Below are positions 46,063 to 55,709 of a stretch of 64,000 nucleotides of DNA, piece after piece. Within the stretch, counting starts at the first letter, position 1; each line of letters starts with the position of its first letter. Below the pieces are notes generated by a model. The model was given only the letters and a program-made list of their open reading frames with translations, had not been told where the DNA came from and searched no databases. Origin of the DNA: Longimicrobiales bacterium. Its GTDB lineage: Bacteria; Gemmatimonadota; Gemmatimonadetes; Longimicrobiales; Gaopeijiaceae. The translations under genes were made by a program, and so were the position numbers. The stretch is from NCBI GenBank assembly GCA_965198065.1, contig CBDAON010000004.1:1792001-1856000 (forward strand), written 5' to 3'.

Positions 46063-46713
46063 TCAGGCCACCATGGGGGCTACGATGCGCGCGAAGTTGT
46101 TCCGGGCCCGGTTCAGACGGCTCTTCACCGTTCCGAGATTCGTGTCGGTGATCTCGGCGATCTCCTCGTAGGTGCGGCCTTCGAGCTCTCTCAGGACGAA
46201 CACGATCCGGTGGTGCTCCGGCAGATCCTGGACGGCCCTGTCCACGACCTCCTTCAGGTGCCGCTTGCGGAAGAGATCGTCCGGCTTCAGAGACTCGTCC
46301 TCCCATTCGAGCGGGCGGTGGTCGGCGTCCCAGTTCTTCTTCAGCGTCTGGAAGAGGACGAGGGGGTTTCGCGACCGGTTCCTGAGCTCGTTCTTCGCCA
46401 GGTTGCTCGCGATCGTATAGATCCAGGTCGAAAATTTCTTGCTCTGGTCGAAGCGCTGCAGGTGCCGGTACACCCGCACGAACGTTTCCTGGACCAGGTC
46501 CTGCGCTCGCTCCCGATCGCCCACCGTACGGTATACGAAGTTGACCAGGCGGGCATCGTAGCGATCGACCAGTTCCCCGAAGGCGCGCTGCTCGCCCTCC
46601 AGGAAGCGCTGAACCACCTGACTGTCCGTGAGGGACCGTAGCTCCTCGCGCGTTTGGTGAGCGGGTGTGCCCACCACCGCTACGTCCGCTTCGTACCTTT
46701 CCTGAGCCCGCAT
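46063..46713 (-). CDS. ECF RNA polymerase sigma factor (RpoE/SigW-like)
   Basis: AQDLVQETF, FSTWIYTIA, YEEIA, GTVKSRLNRAR; GGAGGAGG SD. Confidence 0.95.
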   Translation of the reverse strand: MRAQERYEADVAVVGTPAHQTREELRSLTDSQVVQRFLEGEQRAFGELVDRYDARLVNFVYRTVGDRERAQDLVQETFVRVYRHLQRFDQSKKFSTWIYTIASNLAKNELRNRSRNPLVLFQTLKKNWDADHRPLEWEDESLKPDDLFRKRHLKEVVDRAVQDLPEHHRIVFVLRELEGRTYEEIAEITDTNLGTVKSRLNRARNNFARIVAPMVA

Positions 46714-46787
46714 CGTCCACCTCCTCCCGGCGAAGGCTGGCCCCCTCACTCAGCGGAAGACGGGTACGCCTTGCTCCGAATGTACGG

Positions 46788-46804
46788 TGCAGGAAGCATA
46801 CCAG
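46788..46804 (-). promoter_or_regulatory. Candidate sigma54 (-24/-12) promoter for the ECF sigma gene
   Basis: CTGGTATGCTTCCTGCA versus consensus YTGGCACG-N4-TTGCW, with exact GG-N10-GC spacing, 75 nt upstream of the ATG. Confidence 0.55.
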
Positions 46805-46921
46805 AAACATTTGGGGGGGGAAGCCCCGTGCCTCCGGGCTTCTCGGGTGCCTCGCGCGTACGCTGTCCTCCCCGGAGGACGCCGGGGGCGAGCGGCATGG
46901 GACAGGTCGGGATTTGCGTCG

Positions 46922-47533
46922 CTATCGGGCCGGCACGGGCCGTCCCTCCTCCCATGCGGCCGCAAGGAAGCAGGCCGCGAACAGGAGCGCGACGACGCTC
47001 TTCGCGTCCACGATCTCCCCGGCCCCCACCCGACGGTGAGCCTCGGATAGGGGGAGGGTCACGACCTCGATGAACTCGTCGGGATCCCGACGCCCGACCC
47101 GTTGGCGGAGCTCTGCAGCCCCGAAGATATGGACGACCTCGTCCGTGAAGCCGGGGGTCGTGAAGATTGCCGTGAGGTACCGGAGCTCCCCCGCCTCGTA
47201 CCCCGTCTCCTCCAAGAGCTCCCTAGACGCGCACTCCTCCCACGGCTCCTCCCGAGAGTCGGGAACGCCGGCCGGGACCTCGTACAGGACGCCGCCGGCC
47301 GCGTACCGGTACTGGCGGAGGAGGAGGATCGGCGGATCGGGATCGAGTGGGGATTCAAAGAAGGGGAGAACGGCGGCCGCCCCCGGGTGCCGGACAAGTT
47401 CCAGGGCGCCGACGCTCCCGTCCGGAAATCGCACGGTGTCTTTGCTCAGCCGGACCACTCGGCCATCGTAGATCTCCTCCCGCGCGATGCGCGCGGTCCC
47501 GTGGCCGCCACTCCTTCCGGCCGGCGTGGTCAT
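46922..47533 (-). CDS. Nudix hydrolase, ADP-ribose pyrophosphatase-like
   Basis: VRHPGAA, RQYRY, EVPAG..ECASRELLEETGY Nudix box, TPGFTDE. Confidence 0.9.
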   Translation of the reverse strand: MTTPAGRSGGHGTARIAREEIYDGRVVRLSKDTVRFPDGSVGALELVRHPGAAAVLPFFESPLDPDPPILLLRQYRYAAGGVLYEVPAGVPDSREEPWEECASRELLEETGYEAGELRYLTAIFTTPGFTDEVVHIFGAAELRQRVGRRDPDEFIEVVTLPLSEAHRRVGAGEIVDAKSVVALLFAACFLAAAWEEGRPVPAR

Positions 47534-48905
47534 GGGTCCGGCACGTGGAGCTCGCCCAAACCGAGCTCCCCCACGGCAACCGCCACCCACTCGGCGTCGG
47601 CGACTAGAGCGACGGCCGCACGCTCGGGATCCAAGTGGGTGCGGACCGCTCGGCGGGCCACCTCGGCGTCCACGTTGCGAATCTCGTCGCGGTATCGGTG
47701 ATGGTAGTCGTCCGGAAGGCCGAAGACCACGAGCTCCACGAGCCGCCCGGCAAGCTGTGCTGTCGTCTCCATGCGGAGGGGGAAGACGCCCGCCAGGTAT
47801 TCCCTCGACCGCTCCAGCTCGTCGTCGGTAGGGCCCTCCTCCGCGAAGCGGCGGAAGACCTCCATGGCCTCGCCGAGTGCGGCTGCGGTCACCTCCGTCT
47901 GGACGGCCGTCGCGATCGCGAAAAGTCCTCCCGTCTTCCGGAACGAAAATCCGGATCGCGCACCGTAGGTGAATCCGTGCCGCTCCCGGAGGCTCAGGTT
48001 CAGGCGACTCGTGAAGGCGCCGCCCAGGGCCAGGTTCGCGACCCGGAGCGGGATCTCGTCCGGATGCCCCCGAGGAGGAGCCGGGAGCCCGATCCGGATC
48101 TCGGACTGGACGGCTCCGTCCCGGTTCACAACCACGACGGTGTCCCTCCTCCTTCCAGGGGCGGGAGCGGCAGGCAAGGGCCCGGAGCCCCCGGCCTCCC
48201 GGCACCGAAGTGATCCTGGGCCAGGGCGACGACCCGGTCCCGAGCGACGTCCCCGACGAGCACGAACCCTCCGCCTTGGGGTCCGTAGCGACGGGGGGCG
48301 TACTCCCGCACGTCGGTCGGCCCCAGGGAGCCGACCGTCTCCTCCGTACCGGCCAGCGGTAGGTGGTAGGGGTGCTCGGGAGCGAAAACGGCTCAACCTA
48401 GCTCGTCGTCCGCCAGGTCGTCCGGCTCCATCCGCCGCTGTCTTATCGTCGCGAGTCGCTGTCGGCGGACCCGCTCAACCTCTTCGTCCGGGAAGCTCGG
48501 CCGCCGCACCACCTCGGTGACGAGAGAGAGCATCGCCTCGAGTCGCTCCGCCACGCACGTGAACTCGACGGAGGTCGAGCTCCAGCCCACGGACGCGCGG
48601 AGCGAGCTCCCAAGGCGCTCAAAGGCCTCGGCCAGCTCGGCTCCCGACCTACGCGCCGTCCCTCCCTGGAGAGAGTCTCCCGTCAGGACGGCGAGGCCGG
48701 CTCGGTCGGAGCCCAGGGACGCCTCGCCCGCGTCCACGACCAGGCAGCCGCTCACTAGGGGCACCCGCCCGCGCTCCATGGAGCAGATCCGGAGGCCGTT
48801 CGCCAGCTCATGCCCGCCCATGGCCGGAAGGTGGAACGGCCGGAGCGGCCTCGGCGACGGGGGCACGGATCGGTCAACCCCGGCATTCGCCCTGGCGTCC
48901 GTCAT
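47530..48905 (-). CDS. M16B peptidase non-catalytic subunit; in-frame TGA at 48393-48395 and a frameshift near 48200
   Basis: LANGL, GLAVLT (no HxxEH), HPYH, LGGAFTSRLNLSLRERHGFTYG; the pieces join into one M16 fold. Confidence 0.82.
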
Positions 48906-50173
48906 GCTCCGTCCTCGGGGATGTAGGTGAGAATCGCCCGGTTTTCCGGGACGAACACGGTGCGGGCAAGCGCACGCACACCCTCCGCCGTCACGGCTCG
49001 GAGGCGATCCACCTCGGTGTTCAGCCGGGAGGCGTCCCCGAAAAGCATCTGCTGCATGGAGAGGAGGTCGGCGCGGGACGCCAGCTGCTCCACACCCCGG
49101 ATGAGGGCCGTCTCGGACAGGGCGACGGCCCGCTCAACCTCCGCGGAATCCGCATCCTGGAGCCCATCGATCTCCCGCGTGAGGGCGCGCTCCAGGACCT
49201 CCGGGTCCGAGCCGGGAAAACCGGTCGCCCACGCGACGAAGACGCTTCGGCCCGTGACGAGCGGAAACGTGAAGGCGACCACGTCCCGCGCGATACGCTC
49301 CTCTCTCACGAGCCTCCTGTACAGCCGGGAGGCGCGGCCATTCGCGAGCAGGGACGACGCCACGTCCACCGTATAGAACTCAGGGTCGGTGAAGGCGGGC
49401 ATTCGAGCGCTCACGTATGCGCGCGGGAGAGGAACGTTCGAGCACACCCGCTCGACCTGGGCCCCTCCGATCCAGGCGTCGACTACCGGATTCCCGGGAA
49501 GGGGCGGAATCTCTTCTCCCCGAGGCAGGTCCCCGAAGTATTGCGCTACGCGTCGGGACGCGTCCTCCGGATCGAAGTCGCCGGCCAGCGTGAGGACTGC
49601 GTTGTTCGGGCGATAGTACGTTCGGAAGAACTCCCCCACGTCCTCCAGCGAAGCCGCCGCCAGATCCTCCATCGACCCGATCACGGTGTGGTGGTACGGG
49701 TGATCCGGCGGGAACGTCATCGCCTGAAGCCGCTCGTCCCAGTCTCCGTACGGCTGGTTGTCGTAGCGCTGGCGCCGCTCGTTCCGGACCACGTCGCGCT
49801 GGTTGTCAAGCTTCTCCTGGTCCATGGCGGAGAGGAGCCAGCCCATCCGGTCGGACTCCAGCCACAGGGCGAGGTCGAGTTGGTGCGCGGGAAGGGTCTC
49901 GAAGTAATTGGTCCGGTCGTACCACGTGGACGCGTTCGCGCTCCCACCCGCCTGCTCGACGAGCTCGAAGTGTCGGCCTTTGGGGACGTTCCTGGACCCC
50001 TGGAACATCATGTGCTCGAACAGGTGGGCGAACCCCGTGCGACCCCTAGCCTCGTTCCGGGACCCCACGCCGTACCAGAGGTTCACGGCCGCGATAGGGG
50101 TGGCGCGATCCGGAGCCAGCACTAGAGTGAGCCCGTTCTCGAGCGTCCTCACCTCCACGTCGAAGGCCATCAT
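48902..50173 (-). CDS. M16B zinc peptidase catalytic subunit
   Basis: GFAHLFEHMMFQGS (HxxEH), NAST, ESDRM, YYRPNNA. Confidence 0.93.
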   Translation of the reverse strand: MMAFDVEVRTLENGLTLVLAPDRATPIAAVNLWYGVGSRNEARGRTGFAHLFEHMMFQGSRNVPKGRHFELVEQAGGSANASTWYDRTNYFETLPAHQLDLALWLESDRMGWLLSAMDQEKLDNQRDVVRNERRQRYDNQPYGDWDERLQAMTFPPDHPYHHTVIGSMEDLAAASLEDVGEFFRTYYRPNNAVLTLAGDFDPEDASRRVAQYFGDLPRGEEIPPLPGNPVVDAWIGGAQVERVCSNVPLPRAYVSARMPAFTDPEFYTVDVASSLLANGRASRLYRRLVREERIARDVVAFTFPLVTGRSVFVAWATGFPGSDPEVLERALTREIDGLQDADSAEVERAVALSETALIRGVEQLASRADLLSMQQMLFGDASRLNTEVDRLRAVTAEGVRALARTVFVPENRAILTYIPEDGA

Positions 50174-50177
50174 GCGG

Positions 50178-51037
50178 TCACGGTCGCTCTCCGAGCCGCT
50201 CGCGGAAGGAAGAGGGCCCGAGGGCATCCGTCAGGAGCTCCCGTGCTTCCTCGGGGCCCGCGTGAACGCGGTCCTCAACCTCCGAAGCCACCCCGGCGTC
50301 CACTCAAGGCCGCGCTCCACAGACCCGACCACAGTCAGGGCCAGAGCCGCGAGGAGCTGTCCCACGACGTCGTCCGGCCGGAGCCGAGCTCCGTGCTCGA
50401 GCGCGGTGGCGGCCTCGTCGGGGTTCCCGAGCTCCACGTGCGCGAGCCCGCCGAGGATCCACGCCCAGCCATCTTCCGGATCCAGATCGGTGGCCCTCCC
50501 GAACGAGACTTCCGCGGCCTCGAGGTCTCCGGCGAAGGTCCGGGCAACGCCGAGCTCCACGTGAGCGAGCGGATCATCGGGGGCAAGCTCGGCGGCCGCC
50601 TCCAGCTCGCGGAGCCCCTCTTCGATCATTCCCTCCCTCGCCAAGTAGGCGCCGTACATGAGCCGCGCATGGGCCAGATCTGGGCCGAGGAGGGCCGCCA
50701 TCCTCAGCGCTCCTTCCGCCGCGGGGTCGTCGAAGGCCGCGACGGCGGCGCCGGCCGTCGCCAGGACGGCCGGATCCCGGGGCGACAACTCGAGGACCTG
50801 CTTGAACCGCTCGTACGCGGCGGCCTCCATCCCGAGCTCACGCTCCGCGGTGCCCAGCCAACAGAGCACGTGGGGATCCCCCGGATGCTCCCCGAGCCCC
50901 TCGCGGAGGAGGGTGGCGAGTTGCGCCCACTCGGCCTCCTCGGCCAGCTCGAGGGCGCGGGCGAGGAGGTCCCGGACGGAGTCCGGAGGATCCGAGCGAC
51001 CCGACGTGCCGGCCAAGCTCCCGGGAAGTCTCCGCAC
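50178..51037 (-). CDS. TPR-repeat protein, frameshift near 50300
   Basis: Several TPR-like helical pairs. The natural-looking C-terminus DAGVASEVEDRV...FRERLGERP* lies in the neighbouring frame and ends 4 nt before the M16 start. Confidence 0.75.
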
Positions 51038-51046
51038 CGCGGCCCA

Positions 51047-52261
51047 CTACGCTCCGAGCTTGGACAGGCGTCCCGCGTGGGCAAGCGCCAGGCTCATGAG
51101 GTGGCGGGCCTCGATGGTGCCCAGGTCGCCCCCGCGACAGCCGCATTCCGAGAACTCGGGGGCCGTAGGCCGCGCCCAGGCCGAAGCGAGAAGAACCGGC
51201 ACGGAATGCCAGGAGTGCCCTCGGAGCTTCGCGGGAGTCGAGTGGTCGCCGGTGACGACGAGGACCTCCGGATCCAGCGCAACGAGCCGCGGAACCAGGG
51301 CGTCCACCGCCTCGATGGCGGCGACCTTGGCCTCGAAGCTCCCGTCCTCGCCTCGCGCGTCCGGCGCCTTGAAGTGAAGAAAGTGAAAGGAGGCCTCGCC
51401 GAAGCGCGTCGAGAGCAGGGCGACGGCCTCATCATCCGTGCGGGGGATCTCGGGCACCCGCATGCCGACCAGCCGGGCCACCCCCCGATACATCGGATAC
51501 GTGGCCGACGCCATCCCGTCGAGACCGAAGCGGTCGGCGATCGTGGGTAGGGGATCGTAGCGCGCGAACCCCCGCGCGAGGAGCCCGTTCACGCGGGACT
51601 CGTCCACAAGCGCCTCGTGGGCCCCTACCAGGAACCGCCCCGCGATTCGCGCGGTCGCAGCCGAGCCCTTTGAGAGCGCCTCCGGCGCTCGCGCGGGAAC
51701 CCCTGTCTCCTGCGGATCCGTGTCGGAGACCTCGGCCTCGAGCCCCGGAGCGCGGAGCACCAGGACGGCCCGATGCTCCTTCTCGTGCATGAGAAAGAAC
51801 TCCGCCGCTCCGTCCAGCGACACATCCGCCCGAAGTCGTTCCACGATCCGGCGCCCCTCCGCGTCGGATGGCCGTCCGGCCCGACGGTCCACGATCCGCC
51901 CTCCGGCATCCAGGGTCGCGAGGTTCAGTCGCGCAGCCACGTCCCCGGGGAGGAGGTCGAAGCCCACGCCGAGCGCGCTGAGCACCCCGCGCCCGATCAG
52001 GTACCGGAGGGGATCGTACCCGAACAGCGCGAGGTGGGCGGGACCGCTCCCGGGCGTGACCCCCGGCGCCACAGGAACGCTCATCCCCAGCGAGCTCCGG
52101 GCAGCCAGCGCGTCCAGGTTCGGGGTGCGCGCCGCCTCGAGCTCGGTCTTGCCGTCGTCCGGATGAGGGAGCCCCCCTAGCCCGTCGATGACGACGAGCA
52201 GGATTCTTCCTCCCCCTCCGTCCCGGCGGACGAGGTCGTCGGGGATGCGGATCGGCTCCAT
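51047..52261 (-). CDS. apgM: Cofactor-independent phosphoglycerate mutase, ApgM type
   Basis: VIDGLG, ARTPNLD, TPGSGPAHLALFGYDP, GDHSTP, HSWHSVP. Confidence 0.9.
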   Translation of the reverse strand: MEPIRIPDDLVRRDGGGGRILLVVIDGLGGLPHPDDGKTELEAARTPNLDALAARSSLGMSVPVAPGVTPGSGPAHLALFGYDPLRYLIGRGVLSALGVGFDLLPGDVAARLNLATLDAGGRIVDRRAGRPSDAEGRRIVERLRADVSLDGAAEFFLMHEKEHRAVLVLRAPGLEAEVSDTDPQETGVPARAPEALSKGSAATARIAGRFLVGAHEALVDESRVNGLLARGFARYDPLPTIADRFGLDGMASATYPMYRGVARLVGMRVPEIPRTDDEAVALLSTRFGEASFHFLHFKAPDARGEDGSFEAKVAAIEAVDALVPRLVALDPEVLVVTGDHSTPAKLRGHSWHSVPVLLASAWARPTAPEFSECGCRGGDLGTIEARHLMSLALAHAGRLSKLGA

Positions 52262-52372
52262 GGAAAGCGAAATATATTCACGGCCCCGAGGCCGGAGAAC
52301 CGGTGCGTCTAACGGAGGGAGCGGTCCGGGACCACCGTACTGAGATCTCGACCCACCACTCCGGAGCACGTC

Positions 52373-53316
52373 ATGTTCGCACCCGTCTTCCCGCACGTCC
52401 TCGTCCAGCTCGGGCAGATCCAGGTACCCGCACCCCCCGAGATCCTCGACGCGGCCTACGGAAATCCTGAACTTCACGCTGTTCACCGTCGGAGATCAGG
52501 CGATCACGGTCGTAACGATCCTCGTGGTCGCCGTGATGCTCGTGGCTTCCTGGTGGATCTCGTTCGCGCTCCAGCGCGGGGCCGAGCGCACGCTCCGCCG
52601 CCGCGGCGTGACCAACGCGGGCACCGTCGCGGTCACGCGCCTCCTCCTGCACTACGGGATCATGGCGGTCGGCTTCGCAATCGAGATCCAGCACGTCGGA
52701 ATCGACCTGTCTGCCCTGTTCGCGGCGGGCGCGATCTTCGCGGTAAGTCTCGGATTCGCCATGCAAAACATCACTCAGAACTTCGTTTCGGGCGTGATTC
52801 TCCTTCTGGAGCGAACGATCAAGCCGGGCGACATCGTCGAGGTCGAGGCTCGGTCGCTCAAGGTGCTCAAGATGGGAATCCGGACGACGGTGGCCCGGAC
52901 CCGCGAAGACGAGTCGATCCTGATCCCGAACTCGGTGCTGGTGCAGTCGGCGGTGAAGAACTTCACGCTGGACGACCCACTCTTCCGGATTCGGGCGGGC
53001 GTCGGCGTGTCCTACGACTCGGACATGCGACACGTCCGCGAGACGCTCGAGCGCGTCGCGTCGGAGATGAAGTGGGGCGTCGATTCACCGGAGCCGGTCA
53101 TCCTACTCACCAGCTTCGGCAACTCCTCCGTGGACTGGGAAGTCTCGGTATGGTGCGACGATGCGTGGCGCGCGCACCGACTGGCCTCTAACCTCAGAGA
53201 GGCGATTCTGGTGGGCGCTGAAGGAACGCGGGATCGTCATCTCGTACCCGCAACTCGACCTGCACCTCGACCCCCCGGTCCACGATGCGCTGGTCCGGCT
53301 CCCCCGCCCAGCCTGA
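52373..53316 (+). CDS. mscS: MscS-family mechanosensitive channel, frameshifts near 52460 and 53207
   Basis: LGFAMQNITQNFVSG, IKPGD, IPNS, VGVSYDSD; C-terminal WWALKERGIVISYPQLDLH in the next frame. Confidence 0.85.
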
Positions 53317-53379
53317 CGTCGAGGGAGCGGCGCCGAACTACGCACCCCTCGGGAGAGAGGTCCCCCGAGAAGAACGACC

Positions 53380-53410
53380 GAGCCGCCCGGTCCGTCGGGA
53401 CGGGCGGCTC
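53380..53410. terminator. GC-rich hairpin between convergent mscS and cupredoxin genes
   Basis: GAGCCGCCCG / CGGGCGGCTC perfect 10-bp stem; weak U-rich tail on the minus strand. Confidence 0.5.
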
Positions 53411-53443
53411 CGCCAGCAACTTCTCGGTAGAGCGGAGGAAACG

Positions 53444-54013
53444 CTACTGCAGGAGCCCCACCTCCTGACCGCCGGCGACCGTGAACGTCAGCCACATTCC
53501 GGTGGCCGCGTGCCCGGTCACATAACAGAGGAGCACGTATTCGCCCGCCGTGCTGGCCGTGAACGTGATGCTCTCGCTCTCTCCCGGAAGGGTCGAGTCC
53601 GTCATAGAAGTGGGGTCCGCCGTGACCGCTCCCTCGAACGCCGGAACAACCTCCTCGAATATCGGTGGATAGGTCGCCTGCCGCTCGGACACGCCGACCG
53701 AGTGGGCCATTGCCGGGTCCCGGTTCGTGAGGTTGATCGTGATCTCGTATCCCTGGGGAACGATGATCTCGCCCGTTCCCCCGACGAATCCGTTGTAGTT
53801 CCAGTAGTTGTTGGCGTTCGTTTCTCCGGCCGTCAGATCGATCGTGACCGTGCCTGCCGTGTTGTCCGCCCGGATCCATACGGGCATCGTGGGACCGGCC
53901 GGCGCCGCCGCAGGAGGCGCCGCAGCCGCCGGAGGAGCCTCGTCGGCCGTATCACCGCCGCCGCACGCGACGACTCCGATGGCAAGAGCTGCCAACACCG
54001 CTTTCATGCGCAT
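53444..54013 (-). CDS. Sulfocyanin-like type-1 (blue) copper lipoprotein
   Basis: VVAC lipobox, Ala/Pro linker, WNYNG, HS (N-terminal His ligand), CYVTGHAATGM (C-x4-H-x4-M). Confidence 0.82.
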   Translation of the reverse strand: MRMKAVLAALAIGVVACGGGDTADEAPPAAAAPPAAAPAGPTMPVWIRADNTAGTVTIDLTAGETNANNYWNYNGFVGGTGEIIVPQGYEITINLTNRDPAMAHSVGVSERQATYPPIFEEVVPAFEGAVTADPTSMTDSTLPGESESITFTASTAGEYVLLCYVTGHAATGMWLTFTVAGGQEVGLLQ

Positions 54014-54107
54014 GATTCGTAGCGTCCTCGACTTTAGGGTGGGTGTGGGAGCGAGGAAAATACCAAGGAAAGGGGCCAGGGGGTAGGGATTCCCCGGCTC
54101 CCGAGGG

Positions 54108-55274
54108 TCAGGACGACGCGTAGGCCGCGTTCTCCCGGATGTAGCCTTCGGTCAGGTCGCAGCCGAAGGCGATGCCCCGCCCGTCGCCCACCCCGAGCGA
54201 GATCGAGATCTCGACAGGATCCTTACCGAGAAGCTCCCGGACCTCGACTTCCACGAACGGGACCCCCAGACCACCCCGGATCACCTCCACTCCCTGGATG
54301 CGGGCGGACACGCAGTCGGGAGTGATCCGGCAGTCGAAGCACTTCCCGATCGCCATGAGGACCCTTCCTACGTTGGGGTCCTGGCCGAAGGCCATGGTCT
54401 TCACGAGAGGAGAGTCCACGACGGACCGTGCCACCTGGCGCCCGTCCTCGTCGCTGGCCGCGCCGTCCACGGTCACGCGGATCAGCTTGGTCGCCCCCTC
54501 ACCGTCCCGCGCGATCCATTCCGCCATGCGCCGGCAGATCGCGGTCAGGGCCTCCCGGAACCACTCGGCCGCGACCGGGCCGGCCAGGCCGTTCGCCATG
54601 AGAACGACTGTGTCGGAGGTGCTCGTGTCCGTGTCCACGGACAGGCGCTGGAAGCTCTCCCCGGCGGCAGCCGAGAGGTGGGGTCCGAGGGCGGCGGTCT
54701 CGAGCTCCGCGTCCGTGAAGAGGAAGACGAGCATGGTCGCCAGGTTCGGCGCGATCATTCCGGCGCCCTTTCCCACGGCAGTGAGCGTCCCCCCCCCCAA
54801 GGCGAGGGACAGCACCTTGGGCTCGGTGTCCGTCGTCATGATCCCGCGGGCCGCCGGCCAGGGGTCGCGACCCAGATCGTTCGCGACACCCGCGAGGCCT
54901 GAGCGAATCTTCTCCATGGGGAGCCGGCGACCGATCACGCCGGTCGAGCTCATGAGCACGAGCTCGTCCGGGAGCCCCAGCTCCCCGGCCGCGAGGTGCC
55001 CCATCAAGAGAGCGTCCTCCACCCCCTCGGGACCGGTCGCCACGTTGCTCACCTTCGAGTTCACGACGATCGCCTGGAGAACCCCTTTTCGGATCCGCTC
55101 CCGGCCAACCACAACGGGCGCCCCGGGGAAGTGATTTCGCGTGAACAGGGCGGCCGCTCGGGCTGGCACGTCCGAGACGAAGACCGAGAGGTCGGGGTCA
55201 GCGGTCTTGAGGCCGCAGTTCCGGGCCGCGCATCGAAAGCCCGCGGGAAGCCTTGGAGTCTCGTGGAAGTCCAT
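54108..55274 (-). CDS. argJ: Ornithine acetyltransferase / N-acetylglutamate synthase ArgJ
   Basis: STGVIGR, IMTTDT, KGAGMIAPNLATML (autocleavage Thr), STSDT, DGEGATK, SPLVKT. Confidence 0.95.
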   Translation of the reverse strand: MDFHETPRLPAGFRCAARNCGLKTADPDLSVFVSDVPARAAALFTRNHFPGAPVVVGRERIRKGVLQAIVVNSKVSNVATGPEGVEDALLMGHLAAGELGLPDELVLMSSTGVIGRRLPMEKIRSGLAGVANDLGRDPWPAARGIMTTDTEPKVLSLALGGGTLTAVGKGAGMIAPNLATMLVFLFTDAELETAALGPHLSAAAGESFQRLSVDTDTSTSDTVVLMANGLAGPVAAEWFREALTAICRRMAEWIARDGEGATKLIRVTVDGAASDEDGRQVARSVVDSPLVKTMAFGQDPNVGRVLMAIGKCFDCRITPDCVSARIQGVEVIRGGLGVPFVEVEVRELLGKDPVEISISLGVGDGRGIAFGCDLTEGYIRENAAYASS

Positions 55275-55299
55275 CGCCGAGCCGCCGATCGTACGACGG

Positions 55300-55330
55300 A
55301 AAAAAGAAGAGCCGACCCGACTGGATCGGC
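55300..55330 (-). terminator. Intrinsic terminator between the sORF and argJ
   Basis: GCCGATCC-AGTC-GGGTCGGC stem followed by TCTTCTTTTTT. Confidence 0.75.
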
Positions 55331-55379
55331 CGTTCAAGATGTCCGGGAGGGTCTCCCGGAGCAAATCCGGGCGACCTCC

Positions 55380-55535
55380 CTATCCAGGCGACCTCGCCGC
55401 CGGGGCCGGTCCCAGGTCGCGCGCCATCGCGCGGAGCCGCCGAGCGAGCTCGGCCTCTCCCCTGATCTCGGCTTCGTGCGCCTGCCTGAGCAGCCAGCGA
55501 ATCCTCTCTTCAACGCTGAATGCCGTCACCATCAT
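55380..55535 (-). CDS. 51-aa small protein (below the ORF-track cutoff)
   Basis: MMVTAFSVEERIRWLLRQAHEAEIRGEAELARRLRAMARDLGPAPAARSPG; AGGAGG SD, candidate ECF promoter upstream, terminator downstream. Confidence 0.7.
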   Translation of the reverse strand: MMVTAFSVEERIRWLLRQAHEAEIRGEAELARRLRAMARDLGPAPAARSPG

Positions 55536-55577
55536 CCCCCCTCCTAACGGTCTCGGAACCCGACTCTCTCCCCCAAC

Positions 55578-55604
55578 TACGGCGGCGGACGCCCGAAGGA
55601 TTCC
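55578..55604 (-). promoter_or_regulatory. Candidate ECF promoter for the sORF
   Basis: GGAATC-N17-CGTA, 43 nt upstream of the ATG. Confidence 0.45.
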
Positions 55605-55709
55605 GTTTCTGGAGAGACGTGCGTAGGAGGCAAGGCGTTAGACGAAGGCAGAGCCCGCCCTCGCGGACGCTGAAACCGGGAGCGCGGTCGCGCCCCCCCC
55701 TCTGGGCGG

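Noticed and set aside
48393..48395. In-frame TGA in the M16 subunit (and at 42963-42965) as selenocysteine or stop-codon reassignment
   Set aside because: TGA is the dominant true stop here, the site is not a catalytic Cys position, no SECIS was recognised, and nearby indels point to sequence error (probably CGA).
46922..52261. apgM-TPR-M16-M16-Nudix as a defence or RiPP system
   Set aside because: All are common housekeeping families, the active/inactive M16B pair is well known, and no precursor peptide or effector domain is present.
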